Assembly: GCF_000148385.1 (NCBI RefSeq)
Contig: NC_014537.1
Coordinates: forward strand, 300,001 to 332,000
Reading direction: 5' to 3'
DNA length: 32,000 bases
Origin: Vulcanisaeta distributa DSM 14429
GTDB lineage: Archaea > Thermoproteota > Thermoprotei > Thermoproteales > Thermocladiaceae
The notes under the pieces are model-generated. The model saw only the letters and a list, made by a program, of their open reading frames with translations. It ran no database searches and was not told where the DNA came from. A program made the translations under genes and the position numbers. Positions 1 to 9,781 of the stretch are shown piece after piece (the stretch's first letter is position 1; the number at the start of each line of letters is the position of its first letter).

Positions 1-1
1 C

Positions 2-358
2 GGGCCTGAGGGCTATGTTGATATTCATGGGTATACCGTGGTTGATAGCCTTAAGTTAGTCCTTGATGTACCATCAAGCGAGTACCTAAAGCTTTATGGA
101 AGCACTACACAGAGGGCTGCAGTTTTTACCAATGTTAGGTATGGCAGGTCTCCACTAATAGCCATAAAATCAATGATGGCATTCACGAACCTGAGACCAG
201 CCGTAGTGGTTATGCATGGTGTTGATAAACCTGATTACCTGGGTCTTGAGATTGCCAGGAGGGAGCACATACCATTAGCTATTATTAATAGCTCAATTGA
301 TGAATTACTGACAGCCCTAAGGAATTTAGCTGAGCGCCAAAGGGCAATTACTAGGTAA
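2..358 (+). CDS. Hypothetical protein, 3' part of a gene that runs off the left window edge (possibly a DRTGG-like domain)
   Basis: The frame is open from nt 2 to the TAA at 356-358, so the GTG at 38 in the ORF track is probably internal. The stretch ...VVVMHGVDKPDYLGLEIARREHIPLAIINSSIDEL... resembles DRTGG-type domains, but this is unverified without a profile search. Confidence 0.5.
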   Translation, partial: GPEGYVDIHGYTVVDSLKLVLDVPSSEYLKLYGSTTQRAAVFTNVRYGRSPLIAIKSMMAFTNLRPAVVVMHGVDKPDYLGLEIARREHIPLAIINSSIDELLTALRNLAERQRAITR

Positions 359-363
359 TGCCA

Positions 364-900
364 TTACCCAGCCTGCGATATTAATGACGTGAGTATTCTC
401 CGAACATTCTCCCTGAACTCCTCAATGGATGATTCATTTACGACTATGTAATCCGCCCTAGCTATTAAGTCGCCAAGTCCATACCTCAATTCCCTAAGAT
501 CCCTCATTAGGAAATCCTCGATTGTCCTTGGGTCGTCAGGCCTACCCCTTCTCAGCAGCCTCTCGAATCTAGCCTTCCACGGCGCCACCACATAGATCAA
601 CACAACCCTCGTCGATAACGCCTCCTCTATCGCTTCAATCTCCCTAATGCTCCTCGCCCCATCAATAACAACGATATTCGACTGCTTAGGTATTTTCTCA
701 AGGGTTTTATACGCAATAGCCCTAGTACCACCCCTCAGCCTTAAGGTTACCGATGCAGTTGATGAGGAAATACCGCTTTTAATCGCCTCATCCCTAATCA
801 CGTCGCCCATAGTCACCACGGGAAGCCCCAACTCCCTCGCCACGTCAGACGCTATGGTCTTCCCCGAACCAGGTAAGCCCGTTATTACTATTACCAGCAC
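364..900 (-). CDS. P-loop nucleotide kinase, archaeal UPF0200 / dephospho-CoA-kinase-like family
   Basis: 178 aa with a GTG start bounded by an upstream in-frame stop. The N-terminal Walker A, MLVIVITGLPGSGKT, and the small size are typical of the UPF0200 adenylate-kinase-like family. Confidence 0.8.
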   Translation of the reverse strand: MLVIVITGLPGSGKTIASDVARELGLPVVTMGDVIRDEAIKSGISSSTASVTLRLRGGTRAIAYKTLEKIPKQSNIVVIDGARSIREIEAIEEALSTRVVLIYVVAPWKARFERLLRRGRPDDPRTIEDFLMRDLRELRYGLGDLIARADYIVVNESSIEEFRENVRRILTSLISQAG

Positions 901-929
901 GTATGCTATGGATTATCTAGGGCTTATTT

Positions 930-2090
930 TTATTTACCTATAATAACCTCCCTAACCCTGAGTAGATCCGCGTTTGTCCTAAATCCCTTAATATGGAAGT
1001 GGGACCTCACGGCTTGATAACCAAGCCCCCTTATCACGCCTATTACATCATTGATTGGCAGCTCACGGCCTAGATCCCTACTAATCTCCGTTGTTAATGC
1101 ATAGGGTATGTTAGGACCAAGCGCCTCCTCAACAATCAACTTACTGATTTCCCTAGCCCTATCGCTGAAGTAATCCTTAACGTTACTCATAAAGTGATTC
1201 ATTAAGAACTCGGCATCCCATAGATTACCAATCCACAATGGGCCTGCCAGTCTATACCTAGTATTAGTTGGTATTGGATACCCAGGTATGAAGCCCCTCT
1301 GCAATGTACTCAATCTGTAATAAGCGTAGCCGAGGTTCCTAAGGGTCTCAAGGGCGTAGGCCCTATCCTTAAGAATCAATACGCACACCCTGTAGTAATG
1401 ACCATCGAGGAATGATACTAACGGCTGTATTCCGTAATCCATTGATAGGGCATAACGCGCAATCATCGAGATCAATATCCTAATACCCACCTCAAACCTG
1501 AAGGGGAACTTCTGCGGTAATGCCCCATAACGCCTAACACACTTAATGGGGTACTTACCCGATAAAACACCCACGTCAGTCGCAGTCACACATAGCAATC
1601 CCTGATCCCTAACCGCCCTAAGGCTATTCTCTATGAATGGCTGTGGGGACCCGAATGGGTCTATGTCGACCACATCGCAGCCACCCTCACGTGCAAGCCT
1701 TAACAGTAGGTTATTGGCATCATCCCTATACACACTCACTACGTCATTCAGTCCATTCTTATCCACGTTCAACCTTATTAACTCATAAGCCCTCTCGGAA
1801 ATATCGTTAGCTATAACCCTGGAAACACCATTAACCTCCCTAGCATACCTAACAGCCCTAACCCCAGTCCCCGATAATGGCTCGCAAATAGTAATCCCAG
1901 CTTTATTCATATAGCCTATGTACCCATTAATGATTGCAGTCGATAATGACCTATTAACCTCCATCCTAGGATTATAAAACACGGGTGCATGGGCAGGCTC
2001 GGGCCTATTACCAACGATGTACTTAGATAGGTCTGGTACAATTACCGACACTAGGCCCTCCCTAATCTCCACCTTAGGGTATTCACTCAT
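930..2090 (-). CDS. trm1: tRNA (guanine(26)-N2)-dimethyltransferase Trm1
   Basis: 386 aa with an ATG start. It carries Trm1-type motifs (FYNPRMEVNRSLS, PLSGTGVRAVRYA, DIDPFGSP) and has the expected length. Confidence 0.9.
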   Translation of the reverse strand: MSEYPKVEIREGLVSVIVPDLSKYIVGNRPEPAHAPVFYNPRMEVNRSLSTAIINGYIGYMNKAGITICEPLSGTGVRAVRYAREVNGVSRVIANDISERAYELIRLNVDKNGLNDVVSVYRDDANNLLLRLAREGGCDVVDIDPFGSPQPFIENSLRAVRDQGLLCVTATDVGVLSGKYPIKCVRRYGALPQKFPFRFEVGIRILISMIARYALSMDYGIQPLVSFLDGHYYRVCVLILKDRAYALETLRNLGYAYYRLSTLQRGFIPGYPIPTNTRYRLAGPLWIGNLWDAEFLMNHFMSNVKDYFSDRAREISKLIVEEALGPNIPYALTTEISRDLGRELPINDVIGVIRGLGYQAVRSHFHIKGFRTNADLLRVREVIIGK

Positions 2091-2106
2091 ACCCCTACCT
2101 CAATGG

Positions 2107-2970
2107 TCAATTCCTGGATTCCAGGAACTCGACATCACGCTTATCCGATTCTATTAATGCAAGTCCAACACCAAGAACCTTTGCGACGCTAAATACCTCA
2201 TTACTCACCCTCCTCTTATCCTCAACAAGGTATGACTCACTCGGTGAGTGGGCCGCAACCTTCGTATGAGCCTTCATCAATGAGTATAGTCTAAATGACG
2301 GTAGTAATTCCCTAATATCCTCATCAACCATATCCTCCCTCTCCCTAACCTCATTAATGACCTCCTCATCCCTAGGCCTTAAATTAACATCATTCAGCAC
2401 ATCCTTACTGAATATTTCAATGAGTATCCTGGCGGTCCTCTCCGAAGCCTCCATGGACTCTCTCTCATACTCATACACAGTCCTCCTAGTGACCCCCAGA
2501 ATCTTCGCTAAATCGCCAAGGCTCATACCCCTATCCTCCCTCAACCTCCTAAGTAATTGACCCTTCACACCAGCCCTCACAATGCCCTTATCCTTCACGA
2601 ACTTAACACCCTCATTATCTAAAATCCTCTTGAATGTCCTAATACCCACCGCGTAAATGCCATGCACCTTATACGCCACTCCGTCAGCCATCTCCTCATC
2701 ACCATAGTTAATACCCACGATTATCGGCGTGGAATTCGAGACCCTCGATAACACGATAAGGTCCACTATAGCCTCCTTACTCACCCTTTCCGCATCCTCC
2801 TTAACCTTAACTATGAACTTGCCCTCCTCATTACCCCTATAATTTGGTATCCTAATTATTGCGTCGTAGGATAATGACGAATCACCAACAAGTAGCACCT
2901 TGGCTCTCCTACTTGCCGCCAGGCTCAACACATGCGTTATGAGTTCATTGCTCATTACCTTTAGAATCAT
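2107..2970 (-). CDS. Putative archaeal HTH-type (XRE-like) transcriptional regulator
   Basis: 287 aa. The central helix-turn-helix LRRLREDRGMSLGDLAKILGVTRRTVYEYERE sits between N- and C-terminal domains, as in the conserved archaeal putative HTH regulator family. An alternative start at Met6 (2955) is possible. Confidence 0.8.
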   Translation of the reverse strand: MILKVMSNELITHVLSLAASRRAKVLLVGDSSLSYDAIIRIPNYRGNEEGKFIVKVKEDAERVSKEAIVDLIVLSRVSNSTPIIVGINYGDEEMADGVAYKVHGIYAVGIRTFKRILDNEGVKFVKDKGIVRAGVKGQLLRRLREDRGMSLGDLAKILGVTRRTVYEYERESMEASERTARILIEIFSKDVLNDVNLRPRDEEVINEVREREDMVDEDIRELLPSFRLYSLMKAHTKVAAHSPSESYLVEDKRRVSNEVFSVAKVLGVGLALIESDKRDVEFLESRN

Positions 2971-3014
2971 ACATACTATTTTATTTAAATCTCTTTTGCA
3001 AAACTAATGAATAA

Positions 3015-3731
3015 TTATGACGTCTTCCTACCAATAACCATGGCATGAGCCGTATCGTATGGCTCGAGGTGAACCATATCGAGTATTTCATAACCCCTAT
3101 CCTTAAGCACATCAATCTCTCTCTTGAATGTCTCGCTCGGTTCCTTGGTGACGTCAATGCTCATGGCCTTTATGACCAGCATTACGTAGCCGTGGCTCTT
3201 CACGTAAACATCAGCATTATCTGCAAGTATCTTTGCCTGGAATGGTTGCGCAATGTCTATGTAAGCCACATCGACGGACTTAACAATATGCACATACTGC
3301 TCTGGGTACCTCGCATCCGCCAATATCGGTATTACATTCTTCCTACCCTGATCCACGAGCTTCTCCATGAACTCCCTGAAGACCCTTGGCGAGAACTCCA
3401 CAGAGTAGATAATGCCCTCATTACCAACTATATCACTTACGTGGCTCACGGTAGTGCCGCTGGCAGCACCGAGGTATAGGACCCGCGTTCCCTCCATTAT
3501 TGGCATTATCTTAAGTCCATTCATAATCGCCGCGGCGAGCTTTGACCTATATGGGTTCCAAATCCTGTATTCCCTACCCTCCCACTGAATCAGTTGCTCT
3601 CCATAAACCCTCTTACCCGGCGTTAGGTTAATGGTTGCAAGCCTCTCCGTCCCATCCTCAAAGGACACCCAGTAAACACCCTTGAATTTCTCATGCTCCT
3701 TAACGCCAACAACCTGTATTAATGAAGACAT
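3015..3731 (-). CDS. flpA: Fibrillarin-like rRNA/tRNA 2'-O-methyltransferase
   Basis: 238 aa. Fibrillarin hallmarks are present: [15 protein letters not shown] and the SAM site [20 protein letters not shown]. It lies directly downstream of nop5, the conserved archaeal arrangement. Confidence 0.95.
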
Positions 3732-3773
3732 TGGGAATTCGTATTTTTAAGGGATTATAAATCTTAATGCCCA

Positions 3774-5039
3774 CTATCTACGACCGCCCCTCTTCTCACG
3801 AGCCCTCTTCTCCTCAGCCTTTTTCTCCGCGCCCTTCTTCTCAGGGGCTTTCCTAGCGGCTTTAGCCTCGGGCTTCCTTGGTGGTGGCTTAGCGTATAGA
3901 GTCTTAACCTCCTGGATCCTCTTCATTAAGTCCTCCTTAAGCCTTGGCGCTATGAAGTTGCCCGTGAAGGCATCAGCCTTAGCAGCTATTGCCAGTTTTG
4001 CGGCTAATGCCCTGGCAATCTTACCGCGCTGCCACCTTGGAGCCCTAAAGATCTCAGGGAATTGGAATATGACACCGTGCTTAGGCGGCTTACCACCAGT
4101 CCTCAAAGCCCTAAATAGCGCCTTCTCTGCGCCAAGCACTTGAATTGTTGAAGCCGGTAGCAATGCAAGCCTCATTAGGCCTCCAGCAAGCATTATCAAC
4201 CTCGCACCAAGTAATGGACCAACCAACTCCCTAATGTTTGGTGCCACTTCAACCATAGCCTCATCAATGTACTGCGACAACTTACTCCTTAGGTCCGATA
4301 ACTGTATGTATAGCCTTGCGTAGGTCCTTATTGGCTCCAGATCCCAATCAGCCATTTCTGCACCAACGCTCTTACTCGCTGCCTCAGCAATTCTCTTAGC
4401 CCTATCCTGTGAAAGACCGAGCTTAGTTAAATTGTCGGGCGTGAAGTTACTCCTATGCCCTAACTCGGTGACCAACGTCATGTACTCCTTATGGTCCTTA
4501 ACCAAGTCCTCAAGCTCCGGGAAGTGGAGTCCATACCACTCCCTAACCCTCGAACTTATCAGGTTGAGTATTTTATCGAGGTCATCAACTGAACTTATTG
4601 CCTGCGCTATGAATAGGTCCCTCTTCTCCGCCACCTGCCTTAGCTTATGCCTTGTCTGTACCGTCGTTATCTCGTGAATCCTTGCCAAGTACTCATCCTC
4701 AGTGAGACCAAAGACCTCCTTAACGTACCTACCAATGTTGTTCCTATACATTATACCTGCCTTACTTGGTAATTCAGACCTTACCTCAACGCCGGCGACC
4801 ATGTTGGCTAGGTTCCTAGCCAACTCTCTATTCTCAACAACAACCTTTGTAATACCCCTATTCTTAAGCTCATTTATTATCTTCACAACCTCATCAATTG
4901 GCTCACCAGTCTCCAGCTTGTTCATTTTATCCGCTATCTCGTCCGTACTACCCTCATAGAGGACCTTGGCTATTACATCACCATTCTCATTCAGAGCCAC
5001 TACACCGAGGACGTCCAGCACCAGGTATGCCACGCTCAT
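3774..5039 (-). CDS. nop5: C/D box RNP core protein Nop5 (Nop56/58 homolog)
   Basis: 421 aa. It has the NOSIC/Nop domain (LGAEKALFRALRTGGKPPKHGVIFQ) and a Lys/Glu-rich C-terminal tail (KKGAEKKAEEKRAREKRGGRR). Confidence 0.95.
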   Translation of the reverse strand: MSVAYLVLDVLGVVALNENGDVIAKVLYEGSTDEIADKMNKLETGEPIDEVVKIINELKNRGITKVVVENRELARNLANMVAGVEVRSELPSKAGIMYRNNIGRYVKEVFGLTEDEYLARIHEITTVQTRHKLRQVAEKRDLFIAQAISSVDDLDKILNLISSRVREWYGLHFPELEDLVKDHKEYMTLVTELGHRSNFTPDNLTKLGLSQDRAKRIAEAASKSVGAEMADWDLEPIRTYARLYIQLSDLRSKLSQYIDEAMVEVAPNIRELVGPLLGARLIMLAGGLMRLALLPASTIQVLGAEKALFRALRTGGKPPKHGVIFQFPEIFRAPRWQRGKIARALAAKLAIAAKADAFTGNFIAPRLKEDLMKRIQEVKTLYAKPPPRKPEAKAARKAPEKKGAEKKAEEKRAREKRGGRR

Positions 5040-5085
5040 CAGTGCTCACACTAATCACGTGATGATTTACTATCTTTTAAGCTTT

Positions 5086-5655
5086 TTACCTCGTCTTGAG
5101 GAGTTTATATCTGGCGATGAATAATACATTAATTAAAACGAGCAATGCACCAACTATGAATATGACGGCTCCCAAATCCATTACCGCATTTACTAACAAT
5201 GCGTTACTAACCACGTATTGGGAAATCACGGTTATTAAGACCGACACATTGAGGGGCTTTGGATTATCATTAAATAATACGAGTGAGTAATTACCGTGAT
5301 TAGGCAATTGAAATGTTATTAAATAGGCATTACGCACCTGCTTATAACTCGATGGGGTAAGTACATGGCCGAATTGATCGGATAAGTACACGGATAATGG
5401 ATATGAATTATTAAGCAGGACCACTATGTATGCAGGGCTATTTATGTAAATTGGTATTAAATACCTTGAGTATACGTCAATACTCACTGTCACGTTATTT
5501 AAAGTATTCGTCATCACATTATATACCCTGGGCAGAAATGAATTGGTTACTAATAATATCGCAACTCCAATAATCATTAGTGCAATGCCAATCCTTACTA
5601 AATTCACAATAATAAGGGGAATTGAGCCACTTAAAAACCTAATTTTAACCCCCAA
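5086..5655 (-). CDS. Hypothetical membrane-anchored extracellular protein
   Basis: 189 aa with hydrophobic N-terminal and C-terminal helices flanking an Asn/Tyr/Val-rich middle that carries N-X-S/T sequons. The TTG start lies 5 nt after the upstream stop. An internal GTG 16 codons downstream of it is an alternative start. Confidence 0.6.
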   Translation of the reverse strand: MGVKIRFLSGSIPLIIVNLVRIGIALMIIGVAILLVTNSFLPRVYNVMTNTLNNVTVSIDVYSRYLIPIYINSPAYIVVLLNNSYPLSVYLSDQFGHVLTPSSYKQVRNAYLITFQLPNHGNYSLVLFNDNPKPLNVSVLITVISQYVVSNALLVNAVMDLGAVIFIVGALLVLINVLFIARYKLLKTR

Positions 5656-5660
5656 AACAG

Positions 5661-5957
5661 TTAGGAATACATATCGACAAACTCAAGCCAGGTATCAAGC
5701 TCGTCAATACTCATCCTCTGTATTACATTGCCTCTCTCCACCCAAGCCTCCCTCGGTATTAACTCATCACCAACCCTAGCAAACACAATCCTCATCACCG
5801 GCCTAGGCTCATCACTGGATATAAACTCAGTCCCAGCAGCCTCCTCCTCACTCGGTGCATGAAATAATAATTCAACAGTATCGGGGCCCTCCCTAACTTC
5901 GTAAAGTGGGTTGCCCCTAATGAAGCTCATAAGCTTACTATAACTTATTTTCCTCAT
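5661..5957 (-). CDS. Hypothetical small acidic protein
   Basis: 98-aa ATG-initiated ORF with protein-like composition, tightly coupled to the downstream membrane-protein ORF. I recognise no family. Confidence 0.5.
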   Translation of the reverse strand: MRKISYSKLMSFIRGNPLYEVREGPDTVELLFHAPSEEEAAGTEFISSDEPRPVMRIVFARVGDELIPREAWVERGNVIQRMSIDELDTWLEFVDMYS

Positions 5958-6043
5958 TAATACGAGGATTAATAAGGGCCATTAAATACCTTATTCCTCC
6001 ATGCCCATGAGAGATTATTTTGCCGTGTTCAGTGATTAATGCT

Positions 6044-6883
6044 TTAGGGTAGCACATGGTATATTCTCATTAGCATGTATATGCCGACTAATACGATTAT
6101 TATGCCGTAGGCAATTCTAAGGGTTCTCTTCGGTGCCTTAACTGCTATGCTCGTTCCTGCATAGCCCCCTGCAATACCACCTGCCACGTATAGTAGGGCT
6201 ATGAGTATTAGGACATCACCATAGAACCAATACTCGGCGCCACTGGCCACACCAAACGTTCCAACACTTATTAAGCTCGTCCCAATGGCCCTAGTTATGC
6301 AGAGCCCAGCCGAGAACATTAGGCTGGGCACGATTAAGAAGCCACCACCAATACCAAAGTAACCACTGACCAGGCCGACTATGAAGCCGAAGACCGCCAC
6401 CTTAAGTATGGTCGATATAGTCAGCCTTGGACACTTATTGAAGGCGTCAAGTACATGATTAACTTCATTAATGGTGCCAGCCTGCGTTGATTCCCTCCTA
6501 ATCGCCATATAAACACCGAGAACTATCATGGCGATCGCAAAGTACGTGAGCAAATCAGTACCTGGCGTTATGTGGCCTAGGTATGCGCCTATTAACGAAC
6601 CAACAAGTCCAACGCCGGCAAATATTCCTCCAACCTTCGGCGCCACGTTCTTCTTTCTAAGGTGCATGTAGGAGTTTATGTAGGCATTGAGCCCGACCGC
6701 GAGCGCCGTCGTGCCGATGGCTATATGGGCCGCGTCAGGTATTGTATCAAGGCCAACAAAGTATAGGAATAGTGGGACAGCTAAGATACTGCCACCGCCT
6801 CCAATTAAACCGAGTGAAAATCCAACGAGAACTCCTGACACAATTGATAACGCGTATTGTATGGGTGTTATTGCAATCGTCAT
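6044..6883 (-). CDS. TauE/SafE (TSUP) family sulfite/anion exporter-like permease
   Basis: 279 aa and polytopic. It has the duplicated Gly-rich TSUP signatures (GLIGGGGSILAVPLFLY and GYFGIGGGFLIVPSLMF). Confidence 0.85.
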   Translation of the reverse strand: MTIAITPIQYALSIVSGVLVGFSLGLIGGGGSILAVPLFLYFVGLDTIPDAAHIAIGTTALAVGLNAYINSYMHLRKKNVAPKVGGIFAGVGLVGSLIGAYLGHITPGTDLLTYFAIAMIVLGVYMAIRRESTQAGTINEVNHVLDAFNKCPRLTISTILKVAVFGFIVGLVSGYFGIGGGFLIVPSLMFSAGLCITRAIGTSLISVGTFGVASGAEYWFYGDVLILIALLYVAGGIAGGYAGTSIAVKAPKRTLRIAYGIIIVLVGIYMLMRIYHVLP

Positions 6884-6940
6884 ACATCCCTATTGCTGGA
6901 ATAGTCCTTTTTAAGCTTTTTAATTCAAAAATTTGACTTA

Positions 6941-6980
6941 TTAATTAAGTTTAATGACATTTAATGATTATTAATAGATG
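6941..6980. repeat. Four tandem 10-bp units each starting with TTAAT (helically phased AT-rich array)
   Basis: Read directly from the sequence: TTAATTAAGT / TTAATGACAT / TTAATGATTA / TTAATAGATG at 6941, 6951, 6961 and 6971. The array lies in the intergenic region upstream of the TauE gene and downstream of ppdK. Confidence 0.6.
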
Positions 6981-7064
6981 AATATAGCGTTATTGTCCTT
7001 ATTTAGTCTTCATGAGGATAACCATGATTATTAATTTTGAATGGTTTTAATAATTAAATAAACA

Positions 7065-9746
7065 TTAGTAGATGTGTATCTTTGGCGCCCTACCGAGTAT
7101 CTTCAGTGATTCCTGGGCTGCTACGAGCCTCGCCACAGGTACCCTGTAGGGTGATGCGCTGAAGTAGTTAAGTCCCCTGCCAACAACCCTGGCTAGTATC
7201 TTTATTGAGTCTGGGTCGCCACCATGCTCACCGCATATGCCAATCTCTATGTTTGGCTTCACGGACCTCGCTGCGTCTATGGCTATCTTCATGAGCTTGG
7301 CGACGCCATCCTCATCGATGGTCACGAATGGGTCGTAAGGCAGTATGCCGAGCTCCAGGTACTTACTCATGAACTTATTCTCCACGTCATCCCTACTAAA
7401 GCTGAAGACCGCTTGTGTTAAGTCGTTTGTTCCAAAGCTCATGAAGTCCACAACCTTGGCGATCTTGTCGGCCGTTAGGCATGACCTGACAGTCTCCATC
7501 ATAGTGCCGATCTTAAAGTCGATCCTATCGCCATATGCCTTAAATACCTCCTCGGCCGTGGGCTTAACAACATTGTTAATTATTATCTCGAGTTCCCTAA
7601 CCTCCGCAACCTGTGGAATCATTATCTGCAACTCGATGTGCTTACCCTTCCTCTTAAGCTCGAGGGCTGCTGATAGTATCGCCTTAACCTGGGCCGCGTA
7701 AATCTCTGGGTATGTAATGCCCACCCTAACGCCCCTGTGCCCCATCATTGGGTTAGCCTCCATCAGCGCCTTAACCCTGGCTAGTAACCTCTCCTTCTCG
7801 GGGTCTGGCTTGCCCAGGGTCCTAGCCCTAGTCACCTCGGTGACTAATTCCTCGAAGTTTGGTAGGAACTCATGTAATGGTGGGTCGAATAGCCTAACCG
7901 TCACTGGGTAGCCCTCCATTATCTCGAATATCTCCAGGAAGTCCTTCTTCATCATCTCAGCCAATTGATCAAGCAGCTCCTTCCTCTCACTTGGGTTGTC
8001 CGAGAGTATTACCTTCCTAAATAGGTCTAACCTACCGGGCGCCCTGAACATCCTCTCCGTCCTCAACAGGCCAATGCCCTTGGCACCGAACCTCCTGGCT
8101 ATCGTAGCATCATCAGGCGTATCGGCATTAGCCCTAACCTCAAAGACAGACACTGAGTCGGCCATGTCGAGGAATTCGAAGAACTCCGGCGGCAGCTTGG
8201 GCTCTATTGTTGGTACTTTACCAACATAGACATTGCCCGTGAAACCGTCAATCGTTATCCAATCACCCTCCTTAATAACCACATCACCAACCCTCGCGGT
8301 CCTTGTGTTATAATCAATCTGTAGAGCCTCGGCACCAACAACCGCGGGCCTACCGATTGCCCTGGCCACCACTGCGGCGTGGCTTGTTGCACCACCCCTA
8401 CTGGTTAGCACACCCACTGATGCGTAGAAACCATGGACATCATCAGGCTTTGTCTCCTCCCTAACCAGAATTACCTGCTTACCCGCCTTAGACCACTCCA
8501 CGGCCCTGTCCGGGTCAAATACTGCCTGCCCACTCACTGCATGGTCGCTGGCATAAGGACTCCCAAGCCCATTGAAAAGCTTAAGGAGGAGATGCCCGAG
8601 GTCTATGAGCAGTTATACAATGGCGTTAAGCTAATCGAGAAGACGAAGAAGGAGGTTCAGGACGTGGAGTTCACCATCGAGAAGGGCAGGCTGTGGTTCC
8701 TACAGACGAGGAATGCCAAGATGAACCCACTGGCTGTCTTGAAAACGAGGGTTGACATGTACAAGGAGGGTCTCATAACGAAGGAGGAGGCGATAATGGG
8801 CGTTAAGCCCGAGTACATACTGCAAATGCTCTACCCAAGGATTGATGAGTCCAAGGCAGGTAAGCCATTGACTAAGGGCATACCCGCATCACCTGGCGTC
8901 CTCACCCTGGGCATAGGGCAGGTACTCGCCATAGAGCTTATTCTCGCCCGTGGCTGGGTCCCTTGAGAAGACGACGCCGGTTGCTGACCTCCAGTCAGCG
9001 TTACCAAAGACCATGGTCACGATTGCCGCCGCCGTACAGTCAGCTATATCGGGCGTTATCTTGTTGGCCTCCCTATAGAACCTAGCCCTTGGTGAGTTCC
9101 ACGACTTAAACACAGCCTCTATCGAAAGCCTTAGTTGCTCCCATGGGTCATCAAATACCCTACCAAACCTCTTAATGTATATTTGTTTATAAATTTCCAC
9201 GAGCTCCTTAAGGCCCTCAAGTGGTATTTCTGGATCCTCTTTAGCACCGTACTTCCGCTTAATCTCCTCAAGGGGCTTATTAAACTCCTCCTCAGGTATT
9301 CCAAGGACTATCCTACCAAACATCGCCAGGAACCTCCTATATGCGTCGTATGCTCCATGCTCATTATTAATCCTCTTGGCGAGTCCATGAACAGTCCTGT
9401 CATTAAGGCCTACGTTCAGTACAGTATCCATCATGCCAGGCATTGAGACCGCGGCTCCAGACCTCACGCTAACGAGTAATGGCTTCTCAGGATCACCGAG
9501 CTTATACCCAGTCTTCTCCTCAAGGTACTTAATACCCCTGGCAACCTCATCCATCAATCCCTCAGGAAGCTTTTCGCCTCTATCGTAATACTCCCTGCAT
9601 GCCTTCGTGGTTATTATAATGCCGGGAGGAACAGGTAAACCAAGCCTAGTCATTAGGACGAGGCTGGATGCCTTACCACCTATCAACTTAACATCGTCTG
9701 GATCAGCCTCTTCGAAAGTTAACACGTACTTACCGAGGGAACCCAT
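7065..9746 (-). pseudogene. ppdK: Pyruvate,phosphate dikinase gene disrupted by an internal inversion (fragments 9746..8897 and 8541..7065 on the minus strand, middle part on the plus strand)
   Basis: The N-terminal ORF (285 aa; GGKASSL, VSVRSGAAVSMPGMMDT, YGEYLPYAQGED) stops 2 codons after GED. The C-terminal ORF (490 aa) carries the phosphohistidine motif RGGATSHAAVVARAIGRP and TIM-barrel motifs (NADTP, GIGLLRTE, FGTNDLTQ, ICGEHGGDP). The missing central about 119 residues are encoded on the opposite strand between the two ORFs. Confidence 0.9.
8542..8896 (+). other. Inverted central segment of ppdK, encoding PPDK residues about 284-402 on the plus strand
   Basis: The plus-strand translation reads (V)VAGIRTPKPIEKLKEEMPEVYEQ...VEFTIEKGRLWFLQTRNAKMNP...GIPASPG, which is collinear with the PPDK central region. 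Breakpoints were placed where re-inversion gives GEDVVAGIRTP and ASPGAVSGQAVF. They are uncertain by a few bp; symmetric shifts also keep the frame. Confidence 0.85.
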
Positions 9747-9767
9747 TATACATTTATGGGTCTCTAG

Positions 9768-9781
9768 TTTTTATAAATTTT
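9768..9781 (-). promoter_or_regulatory. TATA-like box upstream of ppdK
   Basis: The minus strand reads AAAATTTATAAAAA, centred about 28 nt upstream of the ATG at 9746. This is consistent with an archaeal TATA box and a leaderless or short-leader mRNA. Confidence 0.4.

Noticed and set aside
5059-5065. GTGATGA (C-box-like) in the nop5 upstream region, and several GTGATGA/ATGATGA occurrences inside coding regions (for example about 2696-2702, 5780-5815, 14849, 17337).
   Set aside because: None has a CUGA at the required roughly 12-nt and 50-nt distances, and most lie inside well-supported CDSs.
8521-8926. An imperfect inverted repeat flanking the ppdK inversion: ACTGCCTGCCC at 8521-8531 versus GGGCAGGTACT at 8916-8926 (9/11 complementary).
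   Set aside because: It is short and imperfect, and it is asymmetrically offset from the inferred breakpoints (10 nt versus 19 nt). This is not enough to claim recombinase target sites, and no recombinase gene is present.
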